Below are positions 9,232 to 19,077 of a stretch of DNA of 64,000 bases, one piece after another (within the stretch, counting starts at the first letter, position 1; every line of letters begins with the position of its first letter). The DNA comes from Archangium sp. (GTDB lineage Bacteria > Myxococcota > Myxococcia > Myxococcales > Myxococcaceae). The notes under the pieces were generated by a model, which saw only the letters and a list, made by a program, of their open reading frames with translations, was not told the origin of the DNA and did no database searches. Position numbers and translations under genes: made by a program. The stretch is from the NCBI RefSeq assembly GCF_035633935.1, contig NZ_DASQDY010000434.1:1007-65006 (forward strand), given 5' to 3'.

Positions 9232-10119
9232 ATGAGGCTGGGCTTCGTCGGTCTTGGGAACATGGGCCATCCCATGGCGAGGAACCTGCGCGCGGCGGGA
9301 CACGAGCTCGCGGTCTACAACCGCACGCGCGAGAAGGCCGAGCCGCTGCGCCAGCAGGGGGCCCGGGTCGCGGACTCGCCGGTGGACGCGGCACGTGGGG
9401 CGGAGGTCGTCTTCTCCATGCTCTCGGAGGACTCCGCCGTCGAGGACGTCGTCTTCGGTGGGTCGGGTCTGCTGGCCGGGCTGGAGCAGGGGGCCCTCCA
9501 CGTCTCGTCGAGCACCATCTCGGTGGCGCTCTCGGAGCGTCTGGCCGAGGCGCATGCGAAGGCCGGGCAGAGGTACGTGTCGGCGCCGGTATTCGGCAGG
9601 CCGGAGGCGGCGGAGGCGAAGCAGCTCTGGGTGGTGGCCGCGGGCCCGAAGGCCGACGTGGAGCGGTGCCGGCCGCTGCTGGAGGCCCTCGGCCGCGGGC
9701 TCACGGTGCTCGGCGAGCGGGCGCCCTCGGCCAACGTGGTGAAGCTGTCGGGCAACTTCCTGATCGCCTCGATGATCGAAGCGCTCGGGGAGTCGTTCGC
9801 GCTGGCGCGCAAGTCGGGCATCGAGCCCCAGGTGTTCCTGGAGCTGTTCCAGTCGGTGTTCGCGCGCTCTCCCATCTTCGAGCGCTACGCGGTGCTGATC
9901 GCCAACGGCCAGTACGAGCCGGCGGGCTTCAAGCTGCGGCTGGGGCTCAAGGACTTGCGGCTGGCGCTGGATGCCGCCGGAGCGGCGGAAGTGCCGATGC
10001 CACTGGCCAGCCTCTTGCGAGACAACTACCTCGGAGGCGTGGCCCGGGGGATGGGGGACCTCGACTGGTCGGCGCTCGGGGCGCTGGCGGCGGAGCGGGC
10101 CGGCCTCGACGAGACGTGA
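9232..10119 (+). CDS. NAD(P)-dependent oxidoreductase (beta-hydroxyacid dehydrogenase family)
   Basis: LGFVGLGNMGHPMA Rossmann motif, SAPVFG, VKLSGN. Confidence 0.9.
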   Translation: MRLGFVGLGNMGHPMARNLRAAGHELAVYNRTREKAEPLRQQGARVADSPVDAARGAEVVFSMLSEDSAVEDVVFGGSGLLAGLEQGALHVSSSTISVALSERLAEAHAKAGQRYVSAPVFGRPEAAEAKQLWVVAAGPKADVERCRPLLEALGRGLTVLGERAPSANVVKLSGNFLIASMIEALGESFALARKSGIEPQVFLELFQSVFARSPIFERYAVLIANGQYEPAGFKLRLGLKDLRLALDAAGAAEVPMPLASLLRDNYLGGVARGMGDLDWSALGALAAERAGLDET

Positions 10120-10129
10120 GGCCCCGCGC

Positions 10130-10948
10130 TCAGGCGGACTCGGGCTCGTCTCCCTCCGGGGGAGGTACCGGCGCTCCACCCGGAGCCGGGCGCTTGCGCG
10201 CGAGGGGCATCAGCTCCGGGCCCAGGCCCAGGACGAAGGTGTTGCCGGGCGTGGTGCTCGCGCCACCGAGCGTCTGCAGCATGCGCAGGTGGAGCAGCGC
10301 CGGGCTCTGCTCCACCTGTCTGGCCGCGTTGGCCAGGTGGCGCAGGGTCGCCGACTCACCGCGCGCCTTCTCCAGCATGGCCTGCGCCTCCTTCTTCGCC
10401 TTGAGCGACTCGGCGAAGGCGCGGCGCAGCTCCGCCGGCAGCATCACGTCCTTCACCTCCACCGCCTCCACCGAGAGCCCGAACGCGCGCACCTCGCCGG
10501 CCACCCGCTCGCGCATCCGTTGCCCCAGGTCGAGCCGCCCCGACACCAGCTCCTCCAGGGGATGGCGGCCCACTTCCTCGCGCAGGGCGAGCTGCACGGC
10601 CAGGTAGAGCGCCTCGGTGAAGTTCTGCACGCGGTGCAGGGCCTGCTCGGGGTCCGCCACCGCGAAGCGCACGGCGATGCTCACCTTGAGGCCCACCTGC
10701 TCCTGGCTGAGCACGTCCTGGCCGGGCACGGTGAGGTAGCGCTGGCGCATGTCCACCTGCTGCGTGCCGTGGCCCTGGCGCAGTACCTTGTGGGCTCCGG
10801 GAGTCAGCACGCGCACGAAGCGCCCCTGGCGGTAGAGCAGGGTGGTGAAGCCCTCGGGGACGACCACCTTGCGCACGAGCGCCTTGTAGGCCACCGCGCC
10901 CAGGACGAGCGCCACCACCACCAGCGAGAGGAATCGGAACGTGTCCAC
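10130..10948 (-). CDS. Slipin/SPFH-domain membrane protein
   Basis: GTG 10948 after GAGG; N-terminal TM; VDMRQR...QDVLSQ, VEVKDVMLP, EKARGESATLRHLANAA. Confidence 0.88.
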   Translation of the reverse strand: MDTFRFLSLVVVALVLGAVAYKALVRKVVVPEGFTTLLYRQGRFVRVLTPGAHKVLRQGHGTQQVDMRQRYLTVPGQDVLSQEQVGLKVSIAVRFAVADPEQALHRVQNFTEALYLAVQLALREEVGRHPLEELVSGRLDLGQRMRERVAGEVRAFGLSVEAVEVKDVMLPAELRRAFAESLKAKKEAQAMLEKARGESATLRHLANAARQVEQSPALLHLRMLQTLGGASTTPGNTFVLGLGPELMPLARKRPAPGGAPVPPPEGDEPESA

Positions 10949-11309
10949 CGGTGCACACCTCGTTGGGTGAGAGACGTCGGCTCCGGGAGCCCCGGCGGTC
11001 CGGCGGGGGTTCTCCACCCGCATGGCCGTTCCGCGCGGTGCGCCTCGAAGGCGCTGGCTCCCGGAGCTTTCGTTGGGGAGTCGAACCCCGGCCTTTAACA
11101 GGCTGCCAGGAGGGGAGACCCCGATCCCAGGACACTCCCGGACCGATGTCCGCGAGCGCTGGAGAGGACTCCCCGAACCGGACGGACGCGCCAGGCCCGG
11201 TGGTCTGACACGGCCTCGCGGGAGCCCTCGTCGGCGTGGTGTTGGCTGACCGCTTCCAACGGGCCGCGGCCAGGTGGTCCTCTCCGCGGCGGCGTGATAC
11301 CCCCCTCCC

Positions 11310-12584
11310 GTGAGCGACACCTTCGCCCAGCTTGGCCTGTCTCCCGAGGCCCTCGACGCCCTGCGCCGCGCGCGGTTCTCGCGGCCCACCCCCATCCAGG
11401 CACAGGCCATCCCTCCGGCGCTCGAAGGCCGGGACATCATCGGCTGCGCCGCCACCGGCACGGGCAAGACGGCCGCTTACGTGCTGCCCCTGGTGGAGCG
11501 CTTCGCCGGCCGGAAGGGGACGTTGGGCCTGGTGCTGGCGCCTACCCGCGAGCTGGTGCAGCAGATCGCCGAGCCGGTGGGCTTCTTTGGTGAGTCGCGC
11601 GGCGTCACGCACGCGGTGGTCATCGGCGGCGAGGACATGGCGGCGCAGGCCGAGGCGCTGAAGCGGCGGCCCACGCTGGTGCTGGCCACGCCGGGGCGGC
11701 TGGTGGACCTGCTGGAGTCGCGAGTCGTGTCGTTCCCTCAGCTGGAGGCCCTGGTACTCGACGAGGCGGATCGGATGCTGGACATGGGCTTCCAGCCGCA
11801 GCTCGAGTCCATCCTCGCGGCGCTGCCCCGGCGTCGGCAGACGCTCCTGTTCTCCGCGACGCTGGGCCCGGACGTGAGCCGCTTCGCCCGCGAGGAGCTG
11901 AACCGGCCGGTGCGTGTGGAGGTGACGCGCAGCGGTACGCCCGCCGAGCGCGCCGAGCAGCGCTTGTACGTGGTGAAGCCCGAGGAGAAGTCCGCGCTGC
12001 TGCTCACGCTGCTGGCGCGGGACGAGGCGACGGCGCTCGTCTTCACGCGGACGAAGGAGCGGGCGGACAAGGTGCACAAGGCCCTGCAGCGGGCGGGGTA
12101 TCGGTGCGGAGTGCTGCACGCGGACCGGACGCAGAACCAGCGCAACCAGACGATGAAGGCCTTCCGCGAGGGCACGTACCGGTGCCTGGTGGCCACGGAC
12201 ATCGCGGCGCGCGGGCTGGACGTGGAGGACGTGGGGCACGTCATCAACTACGACCTGCCACACGCGCCGGAGGACTACGTGCATCGCATCGGCCGCACGG
12301 CGCGCGCCTCCGCGAGCGGCGTGGCCTCGACGTTCGCCACGGCGAAGGACCGGCAGATGGTCGAGAGCATCGAGAAGCTCATGCGGGGCGGGATTCCCCG
12401 AGCGACGGTGCCGCGCGAGGACCCCGTCTTCCAGGCGGAGTGGGAGCGCCACCAGGCCTCCCAGCGCGACCCGGGCCCACCCCAGAAGGACCAGGGTGTG
12501 TCCAAGAGGGCTCCAGGACAGGGTCCGGGGAGGCACGCGCGGTCGCACGGAAAGGGCTCGCGCTCGGGCCGGACGGAGGAGTGA
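11310..12584 (+). CDS. DEAD-box RNA helicase (RhlE-like)
   Basis: PTPIQ, ATGTGKT, PTREL, DEAD, SAT, HRIGRTAR. Confidence 0.95.
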   Translation: MSDTFAQLGLSPEALDALRRARFSRPTPIQAQAIPPALEGRDIIGCAATGTGKTAAYVLPLVERFAGRKGTLGLVLAPTRELVQQIAEPVGFFGESRGVTHAVVIGGEDMAAQAEALKRRPTLVLATPGRLVDLLESRVVSFPQLEALVLDEADRMLDMGFQPQLESILAALPRRRQTLLFSATLGPDVSRFAREELNRPVRVEVTRSGTPAERAEQRLYVVKPEEKSALLLTLLARDEATALVFTRTKERADKVHKALQRAGYRCGVLHADRTQNQRNQTMKAFREGTYRCLVATDIAARGLDVEDVGHVINYDLPHAPEDYVHRIGRTARASASGVASTFATAKDRQMVESIEKLMRGGIPRATVPREDPVFQAEWERHQASQRDPGPPQKDQGVSKRAPGQGPGRHARSHGKGSRSGRTEE

Positions 12585-12732
12585 CGCTCGGTCCCACAAG
12601 GAGGAGCGGACCCATCCGGTCCCAGGAGTGTCGGATTTTCAACGATCTGGCCTCGAAGTGCTCGGTTTCGGATATAGATTTTCACCCGATTTCAATTGAA
12701 TCCGGGAAGTTCCGATTCAAGTGGAGGATGCA

Positions 12733-13551
12733 ATGGGTGGATTTCGCGGAGTGACGTTGCTGATGGGCGTGTCCCTCTTGGGCGTGGCGTGTGGTGGGCC
12801 GGAAGCGGTCCCGCCTTCGGCCGCGGAGCTGACCTGGGAGGAGTTCCAGGCCCAGGCCTACAAGGAGCCCGGCACGGACGTGTACATCGTCGAGGGGGAC
12901 ATGGCCTTTGAGGGGACCGAGGGGCTGCGTCACTACTTCGACGCGTATGTCGCGCAGCAACTCGGGCAGCGCCAGGACGGCCTGACCCTCAATGCCTCGG
13001 GTGCGAAGTGGGCCGGCACCCAGCGGATGAACCTCACCTATTGTGTGAGCTCGTCCTCCTTCGGCTCGCGCTACAGCACCGTGGTGAGCGCGATGAACAG
13101 CGCGGCGGCGGCCTGGGAGGTCATCGCGGGCATCAACTTCGTCCACCTGAGCCAGTACGACTCCAACTGCACCTCGGCGCAGACGGGCGTGGTGTTCGAC
13201 GTGCGCCAGGTGAGCTCGGGAGGCCAGTACCTGGCGCGCGCGTTCTTTCCGGACGCCAGCCGCTCCGCGCGCGAGCTCCTCATCGATAGCAGTGTGTTCG
13301 GCACCATCGTGCCGCTCACGCTGACCGGCCTCCTGCGGCACGAACTGGGGCACACACTGGGCTTCGTCCACGAGAGCGATCACCCGGATGCTCCCCCCAC
13401 CGGCTGCTACTCAGGGGGACGTGGGATCGCGTTGACGGCCTACGATCCGTACTCCGTGATGAACAACCCGCAGTGCGGTGGCTCGTCGGGCGACCTCATC
13501 CTGACCACCCTGGACAGGCAGGGCGCCGCGAGCGCGTATCCCAGGATGTGA
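12733..13551 (+). CDS. Secreted Zn metalloprotease lipoprotein (metzincin, matrixin/M57-like)
   Basis: LLGVAC lipobox; IVEGDM; HELGHTLGFVH Zn motif; SVM Met-turn. Confidence 0.85.
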   Translation: MGGFRGVTLLMGVSLLGVACGGPEAVPPSAAELTWEEFQAQAYKEPGTDVYIVEGDMAFEGTEGLRHYFDAYVAQQLGQRQDGLTLNASGAKWAGTQRMNLTYCVSSSSFGSRYSTVVSAMNSAAAAWEVIAGINFVHLSQYDSNCTSAQTGVVFDVRQVSSGGQYLARAFFPDASRSARELLIDSSVFGTIVPLTLTGLLRHELGHTLGFVHESDHPDAPPTGCYSGGRGIALTAYDPYSVMNNPQCGGSSGDLILTTLDRQGAASAYPRM

Positions 13552-13606
13552 TTTCCGTGGGTGCGAGCCTGCTTGGGGGCGTCCTGGGCTCTACCTCTCG
13601 TGGGGT

Positions 13607-13760
13607 ACAGGGTGAATCAGGCACCCTGTCCGGGTCTTCGCCCTTTCTCAGCTTGCCGCCGTGCTTCTGGAAGAGGCAGGCGGCGATGTCCAGCCACAAG
13701 CGGGTCCGCCCTCCTTGCCTTGTTGGAGAAGTAGGGCTCGAGGACGCGGGGGCGATGCTC
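13607..13760 (-). pseudogene. Decayed duplicate of the 3' end of the sensor kinase gene at 17448-17598
   Basis: Shares colinear exact blocks with 17448-17598: ACAGGGTGAA, CAGGCACCCTG, CAGCTTGCCGCCGTGCT, CCGCCCTCCTT, GAAGTAGGGCTCGA. Reads EHRPRVLEPYFSNK versus EHRARIFEPYFTTK; contains indels. Confidence 0.85.
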
Positions 13761-13945
13761 TCGGAGAACTGTCCAGGCCGCCAAGAATGCTTGGTGGGCT
13801 GGGGCGGGGGCTAAGGGGCTAGCCCCTGGACTTTCGGCCGTCGAGACGACGTCGAACGCTTGAACTCGGTGGGCTACTTGAAAGATAACCCCGGAGGTCC
13901 CACCTCCCTGGTCAATAGTCACCCGGCAATGGCGAGATCTTTCGC

Positions 13946-14410
13946 ATGGATACCCTGACTCCCGCAGAACGAAGTGAACGAATGGCGCGGGTTCGTAACA
14001 AGGACACCACGCCGGAGCTCCGCGTTCGGCGCCTCGTCTCCGCGATGGGGTACCGCTACCGCCTGCACTACAAGAAGGTTCCCGGTCATCCGGATCTCGC
14101 CTTCCCGGGTCGCCGTAAGGCCGTCTTCGTGCACGGATGTTTCTGGCATCGCCACCCGGACCCCGCCTGTCCGCTCGCGCGCTTGCCGAAGTCGCGGCTG
14201 GACTTCTGGCTCCCGAAGCTCGAGGGCAACCGGGCCAGGGATCTGCGCAAGGAGCTGGAACTGAAGGAGCGTGGGTGGGACGTGCACGTCGTCTGGGAGT
14301 GCCAACTGCGAGACGAGGAGTCTCTGCGTCAGACCCTTCGCCTCTTCCTGGCGGGCCTTGACGCCACGGGAAAGGAGCACATGCATCCACCCGGATCATC
14401 GAGGATGTGA
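13946..14410 (+). CDS. vsr: Very short patch repair endonuclease
   Basis: MDTLTPAERSERMARVRNKDTTPE, PDL, FVHGCFWH, VWEC. Confidence 0.95.
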   Translation: MDTLTPAERSERMARVRNKDTTPELRVRRLVSAMGYRYRLHYKKVPGHPDLAFPGRRKAVFVHGCFWHRHPDPACPLARLPKSRLDFWLPKLEGNRARDLRKELELKERGWDVHVVWECQLRDEESLRQTLRLFLAGLDATGKEHMHPPGSSRM

Positions 14411-14478
14411 CCGCACCTGCTGCTCAGTGAAGCATAGAGCTTGCTCTATGGCCCAAGCTGCTGCATGGATCGCGCACC

Positions 14479-15657
14479 ATGGACTCCATCGAGCTGTTCA
14501 CCGGTGCTGGTGGGCTGGCCCTCGGTACGCATGTCGCTGGTTTCCATCATCTCGGCCTGTACGAGTGGGATGAGGACGCCTGTGAGACGCTTCGCGAGAA
14601 CGCCCGCGCGGAGGCGCTCCCGGGCATTCGCGAGTGGCGCGTCCATCAAGCCGACGTGCGGATAAATTCCTACGCGATCTTCGGCCAAGGGGTGTTGGAC
14701 TTGGTGGCTGGTGGCGCTCCATGCCAACCGTTCAGCCTTGGTGGCAAGCACCGGGCCCAGGATGATTCCCGCAACATGATTCCGGAGTTCGTGCGGGCGG
14801 TGCGTGAGATGCGGCCGCGTGCCTTCATCCTGGAGAATGTGAAGGGGCTGACCCGTCAGAGCTTCCGCAACTACTTCGAGTACATCCGCCTCCAACTCAC
14901 CTATCCCACCGTCACGAAGAAGCGTGACGAGGAGTGGACCGCGCATCTCCACCGTTTGGAGGAGGTGAAGACGAAGGGACGCCACAAGGGGCTCCAGTAC
15001 AACGTCATCGCCGAACTGCTGAACGCCGCCGACTATGGAGTGCCTCAGGTACGCGAGCGCGTGTTCGTCGTTGGTTTCCGAGCGGACACGGACTTGGAGT
15101 GGCATTTCCCCGAACCCACGCACAGCTTGGACTCCCTCGTATGGGAGCAACACATCACGGGCGATTACTGGAAGCGCCATGGTGTTCGCTCCCCTCCCAG
15201 CAAGCCCGTCCGATTGGGCTTGAAGCTGAGCGAGTTGCAAGAGAGGGATGAGCCCTTCCCGACGAAGCCATGGAGAACCGTGCGCGACGCCATCGCGGAT
15301 CTGCCCGAGCCTCGGGTGGATCGCGAGTCCAGCAAGTTCTCGAACCACAAGCTCAACCCCGGAGCGAAGGCGTATCCGGGGCACACCGGTAGTCCCTTGG
15401 ACATGCCCGCTAAGACGCTGAAGGCCGGAGTGCACGGGGTGCCAGGGGGAGAGAACATGCTGGTCCTGCCTGACGGACGACTGCGCTACTTCACTGTGCG
15501 CGAGGCGGCTCGGCTTCAGACGTTCCCAGATTCCTGGCACTTCGAGGGAGCTTGGTCCGAGGCGATGCGTCAACTCGGTAATGCAGTGCCCGTGGACCTC
15601 GCGGCTGTGGTCGCCCGCAGCGTGGCCGCCAAGTTGAGGACCGGCGATGGCCACTGA
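14479..15657 (+). CDS. DNA (cytosine-5) methyltransferase
   Basis: ELFTGAGG (motif I), GGAPCQPFS (IV), ENV (VI), QVRERV (VIII), RLQTFP (IX), GNAV (X). Confidence 0.95.
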   Translation: MDSIELFTGAGGLALGTHVAGFHHLGLYEWDEDACETLRENARAEALPGIREWRVHQADVRINSYAIFGQGVLDLVAGGAPCQPFSLGGKHRAQDDSRNMIPEFVRAVREMRPRAFILENVKGLTRQSFRNYFEYIRLQLTYPTVTKKRDEEWTAHLHRLEEVKTKGRHKGLQYNVIAELLNAADYGVPQVRERVFVVGFRADTDLEWHFPEPTHSLDSLVWEQHITGDYWKRHGVRSPPSKPVRLGLKLSELQERDEPFPTKPWRTVRDAIADLPEPRVDRESSKFSNHKLNPGAKAYPGHTGSPLDMPAKTLKAGVHGVPGGENMLVLPDGRLRYFTVREAARLQTFPDSWHFEGAWSEAMRQLGNAVPVDLAAVVARSVAAKLRTGDGH

Positions 15658-16297
15658 CGAGTACAATCCCCTCGACTACGCCAATCTCACCAAGAATTGC
15701 GTACAGGAGTTGATGAATCGGGGCCCGTACCCGCTTGAGTTTCCGGAGCCCTTCCCCGGGTCTGGTGTGTACGCGCTCTTCTACACGGGAAACCTCGCTC
15801 TTTATCGGCCTATCCGTTCATTGGATGCGACATGGCCGATCTACGTAGGCAAGGCGGTGCCACCTGGCGCGAGAAAGGGGGCGAAGTCCTCGGCTACCTC
15901 CCGGGCGCTCTTCCAGCGTCTTCGTGAGCACCGTGAATCCATTGGAGCAACTGAAAACCTCTCCCCGGATGATTTCGTGTGCCGCTACCTCGCGGTGACT
16001 CCGTTGTGGATCACCATGGCGGAGCGGTTCCTCATCGAGAACTTCCAGCCCATTTGGAATGTCTGTATCGAGGGATTCGGTCTCCACGACCCGGGGAGTG
16101 GGCGCTACCAGGGGCAGCGAAGCTGGTGGGACATTCTCCATCCGGGGCGGTCCTGGGCCAAGCGGCTGAAAGAGACCCGCACCAGGGCCGAAGCGGATAA
16201 GCGTGTGAAGGAGTTCTTGAAGAATCACAAGCCAGGATCCGCAATGCCGGCACTTGATGCCGATCCGTCTCTCTTCATGGAGGATGATGAAGACTGA
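15647..16297 (+). CDS. Eco29kI-family GIY-YIG type II restriction endonuclease
   Basis: GSGVYALFY...IYVGKA, RLREHRESI, AERFLI...QPIWN...GFGLHDPGSGR, WDILHPGRSWA; overlaps the MTase stop. Confidence 0.88.
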   Translation: MATDEYNPLDYANLTKNCVQELMNRGPYPLEFPEPFPGSGVYALFYTGNLALYRPIRSLDATWPIYVGKAVPPGARKGAKSSATSRALFQRLREHRESIGATENLSPDDFVCRYLAVTPLWITMAERFLIENFQPIWNVCIEGFGLHDPGSGRYQGQRSWWDILHPGRSWAKRLKETRTRAEADKRVKEFLKNHKPGSAMPALDADPSLFMEDDED

Positions 16298-16487
16298 GAT
16301 GTTGCTGAACTGGGCGCGCTCACTTGGTTTGGCATCGGGCTGGATTGGACACTTGAGCATCGGTGCACTTCTATGGCTGCACACCACTCTCGGTCTTGCA
16401 CTCCCTGCCTGTCTCAAGAAGTGGTTTGCCCAGAGGTGACCCCAAGCGTCAATTACTCTGGCTCAGTGGGGTGCTACGGTCCACCAC

Positions 16488-17369
16488 GTGACCCGATCTG
16501 CCGACCCATCTTTCGCTGCGGACTTCAAGCTCAGCATTACGAAGGCTCTTGCTGATCAGCTTGCCGAGAAACTGGTTCCGCTGAAGCCGCACCCGCTGAC
16601 CACCGAAGCCATTTCCTCTCTTGAACGCCGACCTGGTGTTTATTTGCTGTTGTACAAGGGACACCGGGTTTATGTGGGGAAGGCGCAGCAGTCGTTACCC
16701 AAGAGGCTGCGAAACCACTGGAACAAACTGCGCGGTCGCGACAAACTGGCTATTGAGGACATGACTTTCGTCTGTTTATATGTTGACGAGGATCTCGATG
16801 CCGCTGCGCCCGAGAAACTGCTTATCAAGCGATACCGGGAGCAGGGAGGGATTGACGGTGTCCCTTGGAACACGAATGGCTTTGGCAACAAGGATCCTGG
16901 TCGTCGCCGTGACATGAGCGAGGTCGAGGCGAACCACTTCGATGCCCTATACCCGGTGCGACTGACGTTCGACGGACTGCGGCTCACGGTGGGGCCGACA
17001 ACGGTTGGAAAGTTGCTGGTCGAAATCAAGACACAATTGCCTTATAATCTGCGCTTCGAGAAGAAGGACCCTCGTGCGCTTAAAGATTATCAAATTAAGA
17101 TCGAGGTTCCCGATAAACAGTTGAGGGCCGAGCGGGCCATTGGTCTTGTCGTTCGCGCGCTGCCTGAGGGGTGGCAAGCCACTGCGCTGCCGGGATACCT
17201 GATTCTCTACCGAGAGCAGGTGGAGTACCCGAGCGCGTTGCGGTGGTGGCGTCGCGATGGTGATGAGGTTGTAGTTACGGAACACGTCGCGCGATTGGCA
17301 CCCTCGGCGGAGATCCGTGAGTTGGATGAGGACGAATCTGGGTCGCGGGATGGTGAAGATGACGAGTGA
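16488..17369 (+). CDS. Second GIY-YIG nuclease with C-terminal extension
   Basis: PGVYLLLY...VYVGKA, KRLRNH, PEKLLI, WNTNGFGNKDPGRRR. Confidence 0.8.
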   Translation: MTRSADPSFAADFKLSITKALADQLAEKLVPLKPHPLTTEAISSLERRPGVYLLLYKGHRVYVGKAQQSLPKRLRNHWNKLRGRDKLAIEDMTFVCLYVDEDLDAAAPEKLLIKRYREQGGIDGVPWNTNGFGNKDPGRRRDMSEVEANHFDALYPVRLTFDGLRLTVGPTTVGKLLVEIKTQLPYNLRFEKKDPRALKDYQIKIEVPDKQLRAERAIGLVVRALPEGWQATALPGYLILYREQVEYPSALRWWRRDGDEVVVTEHVARLAPSAEIRELDEDESGSRDGEDDE

Positions 17370-17394
17370 CCAAGAGCACGTACGGCGCGCTGCG

Positions 17395-19077
17395 TCAGGT
17401 TCGCGTGGATGCGCGGCAGGTGCTCCCTCGGGGCTCGCGGGGCAGGGACAGGGTGAAGCAGGCACCCTGACCGGGCTCGCCGCCCACGTCCAGCTTGCCG
17501 CCGTGCTCCTGGAGGATGCGCGCGGCAATCGCCAGTCCCAGGCCCGTGCCGCCCTCCTTCGTCGTGAAGTAGGGCTCGAAGATGCGGGCGCGGTGCTCGG
17601 GTGGAATTCCCGGGCCGCTGTCCCGCACTTCCACCACCGCCTCCCGGTCGTTGCCTCGCACGCGCACGTGCAGAGCCCCGCCTCCCTTTGCCATCGCCTC
17701 CTCGGCGTTCTTCACCAGGTTCACCAGTACCTGCGTGAGCTGGTCCCGGTCCGCCTTCGCCATCACCCCCGGCTGCACCTCCGAGTGGATGTGGATGCCC
17801 GGCGGCGGCGAGGCGTAGAGCGACAGCACGTTCCGCGCGAGCTCGCCCAGGTCCACCGGCTCCAGTTGCGGCTTGGGCAGGCGCGCGAACTGGCTGAACT
17901 CGTCCACGATCCGCTTCAGCCGGTCCACCTCTTCCAGGATGACGCCCGCGCTGTCTCGGAAGAGGGCGGGGAAGCGCGCGTCCCGCGCGTCCTGCACCGC
18001 CATCAGCGTCTCCAGCGACATGCGGATGGGCGTCAGCGGGTTCTTGATTTCATGCGCCAGCCGCCGCGCCACCTCCTGCCACGCGGCCACGCGCTCGCTG
18101 GCCACCAGCCGCTCCGTGGTGGAGCGCAGCTCGGTCGTCATGTGGTTGAACGTCTTCACCAGCTCGCCCACCTCGCCCGTGGCCTTCACCTGCACCTGCA
18201 CGTCCAGTGCGCCCTCGCCCACGCGCCTCGCGCCCGAGGTGAGTGCCTCCACCGGCTGGGTGATGCGCCGGGCCATCAGCAGCCCCAGCAGCACCGCGAA
18301 GCTCAGCCCCAGTCCGGCCAGCAGCAGGAAGGAACGCAGCACGCCCACCGTGGCCTCGCGCTCGGCCGCGCGGCTGAAGACGAGCCGCACCGTGGCGGCC
18401 TCTCCCAGCGGCAGCACCCGGGCCACCGTGGGGGGCGTGACGCCGCCGGCCCTCGCCACCACCGCGTCCCCGGACAGCAGCGCCACCTCCGCCCCGGTGA
18501 GCCGTGACAGGTGCGCCGCCAGCCCCTGGTCCAGCAGCACCCCGCCCACCACCCACAGCCGCGAATCCCCGTAATCCACCGGCCTCGCGGTGATGAGCGC
18601 GGGCACCTCGCGCAAGCCCTCGTCCCCTCGCACCGTCACCTTCACCGGCACGGGCTTGGGTGACTTCTCCCGCGTCACCGCGAAGAGTGCCGGGTCCGGA
18701 TCTCCCCGGCGCGCGGGCAGATGCCCGGAGGACAGTGTGGTGCCCTTGCGGTCGAAGAGGGTCAGCACGGTGAGGCCCCGGCTCTTCATCAGCGGCTGGG
18801 CGGTGTCCGCGCGGATGGCACGGGCGGTGTCCGCGCGAGCCTCGCGCGCCAGGTCCTCCATGGCGGGGCTCTCCACCAACTCCTCCACCGCCCGGCGCGC
18901 GTTGGCGGCGGCTCGCTCGAGGGCCTCCTGCGCGGAGGCGGTGGCACCATCCATGCGCGCGTCCAGCCCTCGCGACAGCGTGGCGCGCAGCCGCGTCAGC
19001 GTGAAGGGCACCATTACCGCCAGCGGCACCAGCGCCAGCAGGGCGAAGGCGAGTGCCAGCCGCGTCCTCAGTCTCAT
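17395..19077 (-). CDS. crdS: HAMP sensor histidine kinase, probable CrdS ortholog
   Basis: True start ATG 19077 (MRLRTRLALAF), ATGA overlap with the SBP stop; two TMs, HAMP, RLAHEIKNPLTP H-box, NLVKNA, DSGPG, FTTKEGGTGLGL. Operon with PBP1A, FG-GAP and SBP matches M. xanthus crdS as I recall it. Confidence 0.8.
   Translation of the reverse strand: MRLRTRLALAFALLALVPLAVMVPFTLTRLRATLSRGLDARMDGATASAQEALERAAANARRAVEELVESPAMEDLAREARADTARAIRADTAQPLMKSRGLTVLTLFDRKGTTLSSGHLPARRGDPDPALFAVTREKSPKPVPVKVTVRGDEGLREVPALITARPVDYGDSRLWVVGGVLLDQGLAAHLSRLTGAEVALLSGDAVVARAGGVTPPTVARVLPLGEAATVRLVFSRAAEREATVGVLRSFLLLAGLGLSFAVLLGLLMARRITQPVEALTSGARRVGEGALDVQVQVKATGEVGELVKTFNHMTTELRSTTERLVASERVAAWQEVARRLAHEIKNPLTPIRMSLETLMAVQDARDARFPALFRDSAGVILEEVDRLKRIVDEFSQFARLPKPQLEPVDLGELARNVLSLYASPPPGIHIHSEVQPGVMAKADRDQLTQVLVNLVKNAEEAMAKGGGALHVRVRGNDREAVVEVRDSGPGIPPEHRARIFEPYFTTKEGGTGLGLAIAARILQEHGGKLDVGGEPGQGACFTLSLPREPRGSTCRASTRT

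Noticed and set aside
16299-16439. Small hydrophobic ORF between the two GIY-YIG genes
   Set aside because: 46 aa, no RBS, no recognisable family, weak codon bias; cannot be supported.
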